Shown one piece after another: positions 50,301-61,308 of a DNA stretch of 64,000 bases (position 1 is the stretch's first letter; each line of letters starts with the position of its first letter). The position numbers were made by a program, and so were the translations under genes. The stretch comes from Azolla caroliniana (lineage: Eukaryota; Plantae; Polypodiophyta), in the NCBI GenBank assembly GCA_043228905.1, contig JBHGNT010000005.1, positions 16,492,001 through 16,556,000 on the forward strand, written 5' to 3'. A model generated the notes under the pieces. The model saw only the letters and a program-made list of their open reading frames with translations. It had not been told where the DNA came from and did no database searches.

Positions 50301-53300
50301 ATCGGGGCCGGTTCCGGTATCAGTTTCATCTTCCTCGGCCGGTTCTGTTTCTTCACCGTCTTCGGCCGGATCCTCGAGTGCTAACCGGTCCCTTGCCGGT
50401 CGGGACTGCTCCTCGTAGAGTTGATCCTCACCGGTCGACTTGGAGCTCTTCATCTTCTTCTCCGACTCCCAGTCGGCGAGTGTTTTGTCCTCCATGAAGA
50501 TGATATCACGACTCCGGAATATCTTTTTGTCGACCGGGTCCCATACTCGGTAGCCGAACTCGTCATCGCCGTAACCGAGGAATATGCATGGCCGGGTCTT
50601 TGGATCTAGCTTTCCTCTCCGGTCCTTTGCCACATGCACATATGCGAGACACCCGAACACCTTCAGATGCCGGTATGATACTTCCCTACCGGTCCACACT
50701 CTCTGCGGCGTGTCTCCGTCCAAAGGTACTGAGGGTGATCTGTTTATCACGTATGTCGCCGTCGACATTGCCTCAGCCCAAAACCCCTTGGGTAATTTCG
50801 CATGCGCCAGCATACTCCGGACCCTCTCCATTATGGTTCGGTTCATCCTCTCGGCCAGCCCGTTCAGTTCCGGCGTCTTCGGCACAGTAAACTCGAGCCG
50901 GATTCCCTTCGAGCGACAATACTCCTCAAATTGCCCTCGGTATTCTCCTCCGTTATCCGCTCGTAGTGCTTTCAGCTTCTTGCCGGATTCCCTTTCCACT
51001 CTTGCGTGGAGTTCTTTGAAGACGCACAACACTTGGTCCTTTGTCTTCAACGGTGCCGTCCACAGCTTCTGGCTATGGTCATCTATGAATGTTACGAAGT
51101 ACTGGGCTCCGCCATGTGACTTCGTTTCTACCTGACACACATCAGTGTGCACCAACTCCAGTGGTGCGCTACGTCTCGTCGGTGGCCTTGAGTGGAAGGA
51201 GGTTCGGTTCTGCTTACCGGCCAGGCAATCGGTGCACTTCTCCAGGTGCACATGCTTCACTGGAATAAGGTTGTCTTTTGCAAGCCTCTTCGTCCCCTTC
51301 TCACTCATGTGGCACAGTCTCTTGTGCCACAGCTCACCGGCAGTGTCAGCTGCCACGTTCAGCTCCTCCGGACATAGCCGGGAATTCATCAGGTACAATG
51401 TGTTGACCTTCCGGGCCCGAGCCACTATCAGGCTCCCTTTGCTGAACTTCATGACACCGTTCCGGATGCTACCCGTGTAGCCTTCATCGTCTAGCCTCCC
51501 GGCCGAAATCAGGTTCAATCGAACCTCCGGAACGTGTCGGACATCCTTCAGCAGCATCTTGCATCCGGTTGATGTCATCAGCCACACGTCTCCTATGCCG
51601 GAAATCCGGCATGTACCTTCATTTCCCATCCGGACACAGCCGTGCTCACCGGCTGTGTAGGATGAGAAGTATTTCTTCTCCGGGGTCAGGTGGAACGACG
51701 CTCCGGAATCGACCACCCAGGTCATCTCTTCACCGGCAAGGTTCAGCTCCCTCTCTTCGGTAATGAGCATTATCTCTTCTTCACTTGCCGCGAGTGCCGT
51801 CGTTCCTTTCCGGTCCTGCCCTCGCCGATCCGGACCTCTCCGGTCCGTGGCTCCCCGGTATGCACCGTTTCGCTCCGGTGACTTCTTCGAATCGGCACCG
51901 TCGGTTCCGTTGTCTTTCCGGAAATGCCGACAGTTCTTCTGGAAGTGCCCCGGCTTCCCACAGTAGAAGCATGTAGGTCTTCCCCTCGACTGCGACCGTG
52001 TCCCCGACTTCTCCCGTCTTTGCGGACTCCGGTTCCGTTGTCTTCCCCGTTCCGATTCGGTAAGCAGCGCCTTCGAGTCGGAGGCCGGTTCTTTATCTCT
52101 CTGACGCGCTTCTTCATTTAGAATACTTGTCTTTACCGTTAGTAAAGACAAGTTCTCTTCCTTACAGGAGGTGCTGAGAGTAACTACCAAGTTCTCCCAG
52201 CTCTCCGGAAGGGTACACATCAGCATGATGGCTTGCATTGCGTCATCCAACGGGAACTTGATCGCCGCAAGCTGGTTCACGAATCCCATGAACGTGCTGA
52301 CGTGTTCGACCATGCTCTCGCCGTCCCGGTACTTAAGATTCACTATCTTCCTCATCAGGGAGGTCCGGGTCAGAGCATTCTTCCTCTCATACAGTCCGGA
52401 CAGCTTCTGCCACATCTCATAGGCGTTCGTATCGTTCGCCACATGTTGCAGGACACTTACATCGACATATTGCCGGATCGTCGCTACGGCTTTCCGGTTC
52501 AGGAGCTTCCACTCCGACTCTATTACCCCCTTGGGTATCTCGGCATTGTCGATCGGTTCGTACAGGTCTCGGACGATGAGAAGGTCTTCCATCTTTATCT
52601 TCCAGTCGGCGTAGTTCTGTGAGTTCAACACCATCATGCCCGGAGGCCCACTACCGCCACCTTCCATTTTCTGTGTTACCGTCGCTCTGATACCACTTGT
52701 CAAACACAGTGCTCGGCCACAACCGAGGAATAGGATCAACTCACAGAAAACAGGAAATACAAAATGCACGAAGACAATAGAGAGAAGAGTACACAGGATG
52801 TTTTACGTGGAAAACCCTAAATGGGAAAAAACCACGGGAGTCCTCAAACTCCAACTATCACTATAAACAGAGATGTACAATGGTGAAGCTACAAGGCAAC
52901 AACCTTGAGCTCACTGTCTTCGCCACAGGCGGCGGTAATACACAGAGGCAACGACCTCTTCGTTTCTCTCTCTCTCTCACTCTCTCTCTCTCGGCTGCAC
53001 ACTTAGCTCCCTCTAAGTGGAAAACCAGAAAAAATAAGTAACAGCTACAAAACTGTTTGCCCTAAGTCATATTTATACACATATGACTTTCGGGCTATTT
53101 ACAAATATAGCCTCAAGGGCCCTTGGCAAACATATTCACAAATATGTCCCCGCATCCGGATCTCTCTCGGGGTACATTCGTCATCCGGCTCCGTAACCGG
53201 GGTCTTCATCATCCGGCTCCGTAGCCGGGGTCTTCATCATCCGATTCCCGGACATCCGACCATCCCATCCGGAGGGACCGTAATCCCAACACCGTCAAGG

Positions 53301-56300
53301 CTTCTCCCTGCCAAGGCACCCGTAATCTGACATGACTAGCTCAAGTATTTGGCTGGTCCATCGAGTTTGAACTCAACTGGGAGGAGTTCAAGTCGAGGTG
53401 GTGGTTGTGTTCCTGTCACACTCTAGATGCTACAATCTCAGCTTGCGTCATGTATTTCACCAATGTTTTCACCTCATCCTCGTTCAATTTTGAGAACACC
53501 TCATCCATCTTCTCAACTTAGCCTATCTCTGCTCTCCTCTTCTGACTTCTTTTCTTAAGTCGCCTCTCAATCACATAGCAATGTCATCCTAAAAGGAGAA
53601 GCCCCCTTTCCTCTCTTGGATGCTAGGACAATGCTGTTCCGATCGCTGTCGTACCGGCAGAGGGGTGGATCTAGGGCTTTGCAGAGGGCGGATCTAGGGT
53701 TTTGCAGAGGGGCGGATCTATGCTCTGATACCAAATAGAAAAATGAGAAATCACATTTGTTCAATAATATACATCGGTATGTCACAACAGGAGGGAGAAA
53801 ATACAGCGATCGCTCATATTTACGTGAGGAGAAAGTTCCTCTTTATACAGGCCAAGATCTGGCTGTTGGGCTAACTAGCTGTTGGGGCTGACTTGCTGTT
53901 GGGCTAGCCGTTATAACCTTTAATCATTCTCAACAGTCTTCCCCTTCTCGGAAAAAGTTTTAAAAATCACCTATCAAAGTTTTAAAAATCACCTATCTTA
54001 TGTAATACATTCTTCCAATAGTTACAAACAGGATAAAGACAATTCATAGAATTTGTAGTGCAATTTGAAGCGTAAATTTTCAAAATATTTATCTCAATGA
54101 AAGGTTCATTTTTATTTGAAAGAAGGGGAAATTCATTTTATGAAGAAAAATGTGAATTCTTCACTTTGTGGATCCAGATACAATCAACCTGAGCAATATG
54201 CTTGTTCATTTATATTGTTGGGCTTAGGAGCTATGATAGATCCTCTCTAGAGCTGGGGAAAATTCTCATTAAAAATTTCCAAGTTTAAAGAGAGATGTGC
54301 CAGTTTCGTTGAGGAATTGCCAAGTGGTGGATCATTGCCTACGCACCTGAGACTACGATCAAAGTGGAATGCTTCATTATGTAGTATATAGAAACCCAAA
54401 TCTTACAATATTAATGCAGGTAAGAAAAGAACCACTATTTTCAATGGTGTTTATTATGACAATCACTGTTGATAATCTACCTTCAAGAGAATCTGTATTA
54501 GGAACCTTTCTAAGGGCCACCATCGTCTTTATTGGATGCTCAAGGTGGAAAATAGTAAAGTACCAAGGAGCATTATGGTCTCACTGCTTAAGGGCGAAAG
54601 AAACTCTTATTTCATAAATTAGTATTCTCGTTGGGGAAAACAAGAATCGAGGTTTTAACATGTTACAAAGAATCTTGTAAGTTTTATCAAGAGAAGGAAA
54701 TATACTTTTTATATTCTTAAATTGGTTGGGTTTTATTGTTCATGACAAATAGTTCTGCTGGATCAAAGTCCCGTCATGGATCTGTGACCAAAGCAAGTGC
54801 ATATGAACACTTCCAGCCTATCCCATTTTGCTCTCCTGCCCTACTTCCATTACCACATGCTCTGGTAATGTTGATTCCTTTGATTGAAGCACATCTGTGA
54901 AAGAAAATATTGGATTAACCTGCAGCGTTCAAATTATTTTCTTTGTAGGCATTGCGGATGCTTCTGCAACTCGGAGTTCAGCCTTCATGGCTGAATGAGA
55001 AGTTTGCACGAATTTCTGAAAATTCCGATGATGGAGACCTTCGGAGCTTCATGTTGGAAACTTCACTTCCAGAATTAGGGGAAGTCGTGGTTTCTGAACT
55101 GTTGCTGAAGTCGTTAGAGCCTTACCGGAAAGCAGGCATGTTAGTAGATTTTTCGTGGTTTAAAATGTAACTTTCTAGACTATTTTTAAGAAATTCCATC
55201 GCAGGAAGATTGTTGGATCTCCAAAGATCACAGACGTATGCTACTTTGGCTTCAAAAGGCTCCACGTTAAGATTTGCATTTGCAGCTGCTCATTTTGGGG
55301 ATTATAGTGAAGCGCTGTTCTGGTTGCAGTTGCCACATGCTCTAGGTATTCTGAATAGAGGGTCAAGTTGCTCAACGACATTTTTGAACAACATAACTGC
55401 CACATCTTTGGGAAATAGGCAAGCCTCTGTTAGTAATGCAATGTCTCTAAATCAACGTGTGGTTTTATCCAATTCTACTTCAACACTTCGAGCATTAGAT
55501 CTGGATCAAGTCTTGGTAAGTTTACAAAGATTGGGTAGTTCTAATTTATTTCATGTTGGAACTTTTGCTCACAGCTACATGTGTTATGAAACAGCCTGTT
55601 CAGAAAGCTCTGGAAGTAATTCCAAACGACCAAGCACTGGTATATGCAGTTGCCATGGAACGCATAAAATGGCATGATAAACTGCAAGGCCCTGAAGCTG
55701 TTCAAAAGCGTGTCCATGAGTATGTTCATGTATTTGGAATTATTTTTTGAAATATGTGTTAGTGTTGGATTTCTGATCCTCGTTTTTGTACAAGTAGGTA
55801 TATTTCTTTAGGTGATTTTGAGGCTGCTGTAACATTGTTGCTTTCAACTCCACCTGGAAGTGCAAACTTCTATGTTGATGCCCTCCGCGCAATTTCCTTG
55901 GCATCTGCTGTTTCTCCTGCATTACACGAACTTGCAGTGAAGGTATTGTAAGAGATATATTCATCTTAAGTGTTTCGTGTAGATCATGCTTGCCATCTGA
56001 GCAATCAATATAACTGTAAAGCTTAACTGGACATGTTATGTAGGTTATAGCTGCCAACCTTGTTGCCACCGATAATTCTCTGTCAGGAACACATCTTCTG
56101 TGTGCTGTTGGATGCTATCCAGAGGCCTGCACGCAGGTTAATACTTATCTGAATTAAGTGTAAACTCAATTAGAGAGATCCATTTCCTCTCATATTTCTC
56201 TTCTTTTATAATTTGAAATGTTTTTTCTGAATTGAAAATGTTTACAGCTACAAGATACTGGTCGATGGCTTGATGCTGCTACATTAGCAGCTGTTCACCT

Positions 56301-57428
56301 GCAAGGAGCTGATTATTCAAGGTTTGAATTTATTATCCACAGTATTAACTAGATCTCAGAAATGCTATAATGATTTTCTTCAATAAAGGAATTAATTGGA
56401 TTCTTATCATTGTCATCAACTTGCACCATAAAATAGTATTGCATCTAATAAATTATTATGTACTTCATTAAACCATTCTTCAATCACCAATCACCTTCAG
56501 AAAAAATTGACAGGTCATGTGAAAGAGAATAGTTCTTTATTTCTTTATGTAAAAACTATCCTTCTTGGTTCTGTACATTTTATATATGAAGTATGTACAT
56601 GAAAGTCTCAGCATTGAAAGATGATCATCTGTTCATATATTGCGTATTATCTTTAAAATCTTTTATCTACATTTGAGTTATTATATCTGTTTGTAAAAAG
56701 CTCTTCTCTATGCTTCTTAATGAATATATTCTTGCGGTATTCCTGGAAATATTAAGTTTGATTCTTGATTCAGCATTACTGTCACTATTTACTTCCTTTT
56801 ATACTGGTTGATTCTTTGCATTCTGCATGTGTACATATTTCACTCTTTGTTTTACCCATGGGAGTTTGAGTTATCCTTCTTTACATAATCATTTAATGAA
56901 CGGCTACTTATATATATATATTCAACAACCCTTGAGATGATAATTTATGTTATTGATGTCTGCGTGATAATTCAGAGTTTTGCAACGATGGGCAGACCAT
57001 GTGCTTCATAATGAAAACAACCTATGGAGGTGAATGTTGAGGCATAACGTTTGTAGATTTTATACTAGTCTTGAGTTTCTATTAATGTCTGAAAGATCAA
57101 ATTTTATTACAGAGCAATGATATTATATGTGGCTGCTGGTGCTTTAACCGATGCACTTGCTGCATTGAGAGATGCCAAACAACCTGATACCGCTGCCATG
57201 TTTTTATTGGCTTGCCATGAGTCAATGAAGGTAGCCTTATCAGATGCTACACTAAATCTTGAAGAGGAACCTCCATCAATCACAGAAAATATTGTCGTAA
57301 ATGAGCTGAACCTGCCTGGGGATTTGAATAAGAAAAAAGAAGAAATACGTGCAGTGTGTGAATATTATGGACAATATCAGATAGCGTTGGCACATCTATG
57401 TACTGGAGTTGCACCTGTACTTACCTGA
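29308..57428 (+). CDS. WDR11: WD repeat-containing protein 11-like (WD40/transducin), 20 exons, ~1378 aa
   Basis: Hand-spliced exons: 29308-30338, 33990-34476, 34596-34683, 34771-34952, 40264-40400, 41145-41211, 41349-41538, 41642-41759, 41866-41941, 42026-42208, 42688-42848, 54753-54864, 54949-55135, 55205-55515, 55595-55719, 55798-55942, 56044-56136, 56248-56321, 56976-57029, 57113-57428. Total 4137 nt, in frame. Plant WDR11 motifs [63 protein letters not shown]. Confidence 0.93.
32531..33465 (-). mobile_element. Non-autonomous Ginger/GingerRoot-type DNA transposon with gypsy-like integrase fragment
   Basis: TGTGGTGTG..CACACCACA termini. TIRs ~32531-32739 and ~33304-33465. ATAT TSD at 32527-30 and 33466-69. 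Internal peptide [32 protein letters not shown]. Confidence 0.88.
32960..33225. repeat. Three imperfect tandem ~75-85-bp GC-rich repeats inside the Ginger element
   Basis: gactgagggccacctggacttggctgaggtgggggacaggagggctat occurs three times. Confidence 0.8.
35168..35570 (-). mobile_element. 5'-truncated LINE 3' fragment in WDR11 intron 4
   Basis: (AAAG)n plus the gaggccgaaattgcctataagac tail block, followed by degenerate sequence. Right boundary approximate. Confidence 0.65.
35923..37980 (+). mobile_element. RTEX-like LINE: ORF1 and APE endonuclease on plus, fused to a minus-oriented 3' tail at 35923-36003
   Basis: ORF1 coiled coil plus [24 protein letters not shown] motifs [36 protein letters not shown]. 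Post-endonuclease WYDEEC. Frameshifts and stops present. Confidence 0.85.
37981..39420 (-). mobile_element. 5'-truncated RTEX-like LINE (RT C-terminal region, Zn-finger-like motif, 3' UTR, (TTTC)n tail)
   Basis: [18 protein letters not shown] and [32 protein letters not shown]; tail at 37981-38050. Confidence 0.87.
47990..53291 (-). mobile_element. Young full-length Tork/Tnt1-like copia element nested in the gag region of Ale-like copy 2
   Basis: CCGTC TSD at 47985-89 and 53292-96. 594-bp LTRs 47990-48583 and 52698-53291 differ at only a handful of positions. PBS 52684-52695, PPT 48584-48593. Confidence 0.97.
48594..52667 (-). CDS. Uninterrupted gag-pol polyprotein (1357 aa: gag, CCHC, protease, integrase, RT, RNaseH)
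   Basis: Single ORF with likely start MEGGGSG just downstream of the PBS. Motifs [52 protein letters not shown] (sic), DSDM..TEAEY..CDSQS. Confidence 0.93.
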   Translation of the reverse strand: MEGGGSGPPGMMVLNSQNYADWKIKMEDLLIVRDLYEPIDNAEIPKGVIESEWKLLNRKAVATIRQYVDVSVLQHVANDTNAYEMWQKLSGLYERKNALTRTSLMRKIVNLKYRDGESMVEHVSTFMGFVNQLAAIKFPLDDAMQAIMLMCTLPESWENLVVTLSTSCKEENLSLLTVKTSILNEEARQRDKEPASDSKALLTESERGRQRNRSPQRREKSGTRSQSRGRPTCFYCGKPGHFQKNCRHFRKDNGTDGADSKKSPERNGAYRGATDRRGPDRRGQDRKGTTALAASEEEIMLITEERELNLAGEEMTWVVDSGASFHLTPEKKYFSSYTAGEHGCVRMGNEGTCRISGIGDVWLMTSTGCKMLLKDVRHVPEVRLNLISAGRLDDEGYTGSIRNGVMKFSKGSLIVARARKVNTLYLMNSRLCPEELNVAADTAGELWHKRLCHMSEKGTKRLAKDNLIPVKHVHLEKCTDCLAGKQNRTSFHSRPPTRRSAPLELVHTDVCQVETKSHGGAQYFVTFIDDHSQKLWTAPLKTKDQVLCVFKELHARVERESGKKLKALRADNGGEYRGQFEEYCRSKGIRLEFTVPKTPELNGLAERMNRTIMERVRSMLAHAKLPKGFWAEAMSTATYVINRSPSVPLDGDTPQRVWTGREVSYRHLKVFGCLAYVHVAKDRRGKLDPKTRPCIFLGYGDDEFGYRVWDPVDKKIFRSRDIIFMEDKTLADWESEKKMKSSKSTGEDQLYEEQSRPARDRLALEDPAEDGEETEPAEEDETDTGTGPDPEMDSDEEETEEPVTEAPERRYPLRERRAPRRFPEPEHVLLTDEGEPESFEEAKLDAHSRRWLSAMQEEMDSLHENHTYELVELPKGKRALRNKWVFKLKPGDAENPPRYKARIVVKGFQQKKGVDFDEIFAPVVKMTSIRTVLSIAASMDLEVEQMDVKTAFLHGDLEEEIYMQQPEGFEKKGKEHLVCRLKKSLYGLKQAPRQWYRKFDSFMTDEGYHKTQSDHCVFVKKFEGGDFLILLLYVDGMLIVERDQVKIQMLKKALHRTFSMKDLGPARQILGMHIIRDRKKKQLWLSQEKYVTKVLHRFNMSEARPVGSTLPANYKLSSKQSPKTKAEKEDMMKVPYASAVGSLMYAMVCTRPDIGYAVGVVSRYMSNPDKEHWNAAKWILRYLKGTANVCLRFGSGKPELDGFTDSDMSADADTSRSTSGYVMTYAGGAVSWQSRLQKTVALSTTEAEYMAAVEAGKEIIWMKDFIRELGIRQEEYRLYCDSQSAIHLAKNAAYHSRTKHIQRRYHWIRERIEDQEFVLTKILTDENGSDMLTKVLTPDKLEACRKRVGLERHPMPK

Positions 57429-60289
57429 AATATCAGAATGTTTGTCATGTCTAAAGTCAAACACTTCGTTTTGGGGAGTTAATATATCGTTCGAGTTCCT
57501 TTTTGGCGATTTTATAAATAGTTTTGAAGTCAGTGACAGTAACAATCAGAAAGGTCTTCGACACCACCAAAAAGTTTTAATGAGGCAACTTCTGACAGCT
57601 TTGGTGTTTGAGGAATTTATTTTCCAACCTTAAAAGAATATATAGAGAGAACAACAATCCTCTTCGTTCCTGCAAGCTTGTCAGAACAGTTCATCGTTGT
57701 TGCAGGTGTCATTATAATTTGGATGAAGATCTTGAACCCCATACCTATATTCAATTCAATTCTTTTCCACTTAACCACCTCTGTGAAATTTTTTCCTTGA
57801 TGTCTACGTCTCAGGTAACATTTTTCATTGTACAAAAAGTTAAATACCTTTGATCCCTGAGCAGTGTAACTACTGCAAAAAGGGATCCCATATTGATCAG
57901 GGTGTGTAACCACCGTTACTTTAAGCAACCAGATTTTTTTTACCTTTGATGTGTTTTTATGTAGCGAAGGGTTATCATAGAGATGCTTGAATAAAATTTT
58001 AAGGTTTGTAATTTGCAAACCCTGTGAGGCACTACTGTATATTGCATTCCTTGTATTGTTACAGTATGACTTTCTGAATGATTTGATAAGCACAAAGGAT
58101 GGTGCACAAATATCTTCAGTATCCAATTGATGATATATTTCTTTCTGCTATTTGACCTTTTACACCTTCCCCTTTTCAATATCTTTCATATTTCACTCTC
58201 AATCTCACTCACCCTGCGCTAAATTCTTCTGTAATTCTTTTCGATTAGTAATTTTTAAGCTGCATTTTCTTCTCTCATTTTTGATATATTGGTGGTGCTT
58301 AATAGTTTGGGGCTCATCTCTCCTTTATCCAAAATCGTTTTAATGTGTTTTTCAGCGTTAGGTTATTGCTGTAGTGTGTACAATTGAAAATCCAAGTCTT
58401 GCATCACATGGAACGTCAAGACACATGTTAAGGCTAACATAAGTAGACTATGCAAACACAGGCATGTCCCTGGCCCCTTGTGACATAATCATGAGTTTCA
58501 CATACACACACACATGAAATATATAAGTAATTAATGTTTGGATGATAGGAGATGTGACAATTTACGATAGTATACCAAGTTATTACACTATGTAGAATTA
58601 GGGGGTAGTGCGCCACGAGGTTTCTTGGGGTGGGTCAAGGGCTTTGTGTTGATATATAATATATATATATACATCTTCTCATAGCTCATCCATATCTAAT
58701 TCCACAATGTGTAATAACTTGGTGTGATATTGTAGATTGTCACACTTCTCAAGATCTAAAGTTTGTGTTTTACTAGTGTGAATAATGTAGATTGAGGCAA
58801 TATTTACTTTCTTTAAATGTGTTCCGTTTTCTTTGATGACTATCCTAGGTAACATATGTGCGCTCCTCTTCACATCACACTTTGGTGTATAGGTTCTACA
58901 TGTTCCATGTTAGGGTTTCCTATTCATTAGGAGTGCCAAAATCAGCATGAAATATCATGAAGAACATTTTATCAAGTTCTTACTTTTAGCCCTTGAAATC
59001 TCAAGGACTTGAGTTGGCACATGAATTGTCTGAACAAAATGATAATTCATTGTTGCTTGAGATTAGACTCATCAAACCATAAGGGGTAGGCACAATGGGA
59101 GTAATGACTCATTCTCCACAAACTTGCATTGTGGACTTTCATGTGGTTCCATTTGGATTGGGGAGTGTCTTATGACATGGTAAAATTATTGGGGGATGTT
59201 ATTATTCCCTAGAATAAGAATGAATACCAACTGGAAAATCAATCCATTAGTTCAACTTGCTCATAAATAGTGCAATATATTCTTGGAGATTTTGACTATT
59301 TTAATATCTAACATCACTCCTACAATCACCTCATAGTTATTAACAATTACGAGGATCATAAAGTTTTTAATGGTTGGCCTTTATAATGGTTGAAAGCATG
59401 TTTATAGTCTCCAAAGCATCCAATTTATTAAAGTAAGAAATATTTTGTCCTTGATGAATAGTAGTAAATAATCATCTTCATTCTTGATTAAGAAGAAGTT
59501 TCGCATTTTGTAGGATTATTTAGGATGAGTGGAACTACATGATATGATGTGAACTTTTGCTAGAATTTCTCATTCTGTCCTAAAAACAATGGAGTCAAGA
59601 TTACAATTTAGAATAATGTCTTATGTTCTTTGTCCTCTCCAACACTTTTCATCTAATCTTGTGGCGAACAACTCATGTAAAATATTCATATTTGATATTC
59701 AAATAATGTGATGTACATTGTAGATTCAAGTTTACTTGTTGAATGGAGAAACTGCACACAATACTTGTTAGAGCCCATTCATTATCTGCCATCTGAACCA
59801 TAACTTCCATGCAACTTAGCTCACACTTACTATGATGTAAGACAATGCATTGGGACAGATGTAATGAGAGTAATCGACTATCCACACTTTGCCCCTACAC
59901 AAGTTTGGGAATTTGAGTATCGCATTTTGATACAATGCTTTGCTTTCAATCACATATGTCTATGCCTTCCACACATCTTTGACCAAAACCAATCTTTGCA
60001 AAAATTTCTCTCACAATCACGATGTGCACTCTTGATTGCGACACCCGTTAGTTCTTGAATATCGAGAGTTGGTACACACTTTCACAAAGTACTCTATGAA
60101 AATGTTATATTTTTGGTCTTGTAGGTTATATTTGACCTTCGAAGATGATAATAAAATCAATACATCTATCTATCCCTCTCTCTCATTGACAACATTAATA
60201 GTAGGTTAATTAAAACTTAATAGAACCTTTAATATTAACTAGAATAAGACACACATGAAGACAATAAGGTTGTCTTAGCCGGCTATGTC

Positions 60290-60591
60290 TGTTGGTGAGC
60301 CAACTAGTTGCAGGGAAGCGAGTAGGATCTGTTATTGAGTTAAGCAAACTACAAGAAGCAACAGGAGAGAAGATTTGTGCACTGTTACAAAATAGACAGA
60401 GATGAACAAGATGAAGTCTACAGTTACATAGAGAGAGAGAGACAGTTGTGCTCAAAGAGATACAACTTTACATTAACCATTGAACTCACTTTACAAGATC
60501 CGTTACCTACTTAAATAGTTAGGTAAATTGTGTGTTTACACTAGAGATACAATATGGGAAGAGTGAGACTTTAAGCCCAACAAACTCCCCC
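60290..60591 (-). mobile_element. Short copia-type LTR followed by a PPT
   Basis: TGTTGG (60290)..CCCAACA (60582), then aactccccc. Confidence 0.55.
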
Positions 60592-60629
60592 GTAAAAGGA
60601 CTACTTTGGTTACATACTTTAAAATATTA

Positions 60630-61308
60630 TGTGCAAAAGCGTTGTGTGTGAACACAGCCGGCTCTGTCAAACAACAGAAAACATACAATTACGAATACAC
60701 AGAGTAGGAGAGAGAGAGAGAGACCGAGAAAGTAGACAACAACTTCTATTATAGAACGACTAAGTACATACAAATGTGCTCACGAGTCACAAAGCACTTT
60801 TTTAGAAGCCCTTTGACAAGGCTGACATGAAGTAATGGCAAGTACTTCAATGCTCTTGGAAGAGGATGTGACACTAACTCACCTATATTAGGCCTATTTA
60901 CTAGAATAGGCCTATGGGCTAGTGACGTTCCAAATCGACTTACTTAGTTGTTCCATCATCCAGTCTACCATCTAGATCTGGCATCCAGGTTGTTTGGCCG
61001 ATCTGGCATCTGGTCTGGAACCCTATCCGGAACTTAGGGTTATCCGGACGTATCGTATCGGATCCGGCTTGCGGCTTGTCTAGCCGACCGGCCCATGTTG
61101 AACTTAGCCTAAGTGAGCCTATCTGGACGGATCGTATCGGACTCAGCTTGCGGCTTGTCCATCCGACCGGCCCATGTTGAGCTTGTCCACTCAACACTCC
61201 CCCTCAAGCTCAGCTTGCGGTCGGTTCCCTATGTCAACATCCGTTAGTTCTTGCTTCCGGCTCCTCTTGGCGTCTTCACGCCTTGCTCGTGCTCCTCGTC
61301 TAGTTGAC
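60630..61308 (-). mobile_element. Copia 3' LTR (60630-61196), PPT and short internal 3' remnant
   Basis: TGTGCAAAAGC..CTCAACA followed by ctccccct. Internal tandem duplication at ~61045-61185. Related to 21258-22206. Confidence 0.75.

Larger units (their letters stand above)
43631..53935 (-). mobile_element. Full-length but degenerate Ale-like copia element (copy 2) in WDR11 intron 11, carrying a nested insertion
   Basis: GTCTT TSD at 43626-30 and 53936-40. 3' LTR 43631-43815, 5' LTR 53734-53935, PPT 43816-43823, PBS 53722-53733. RT 44515-45627 (YVDD), integrase 46063-46743, gag CCHC 47147-47671. The protease motif is deleted relative to copy 1. Confidence 0.95.

Noticed and set aside
52668-52769. 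N-terminal 34 aa of the 1391-aa ORF
   Set aside because: It lies in the LTR U5 and PBS; the likely start is the ATG at 52667.
48750-52866. Many plus-strand and alternative-frame ORFs over the copia polyprotein
   Set aside because: These are shadow ORFs of a GC-rich coding region with no recognisable domains.
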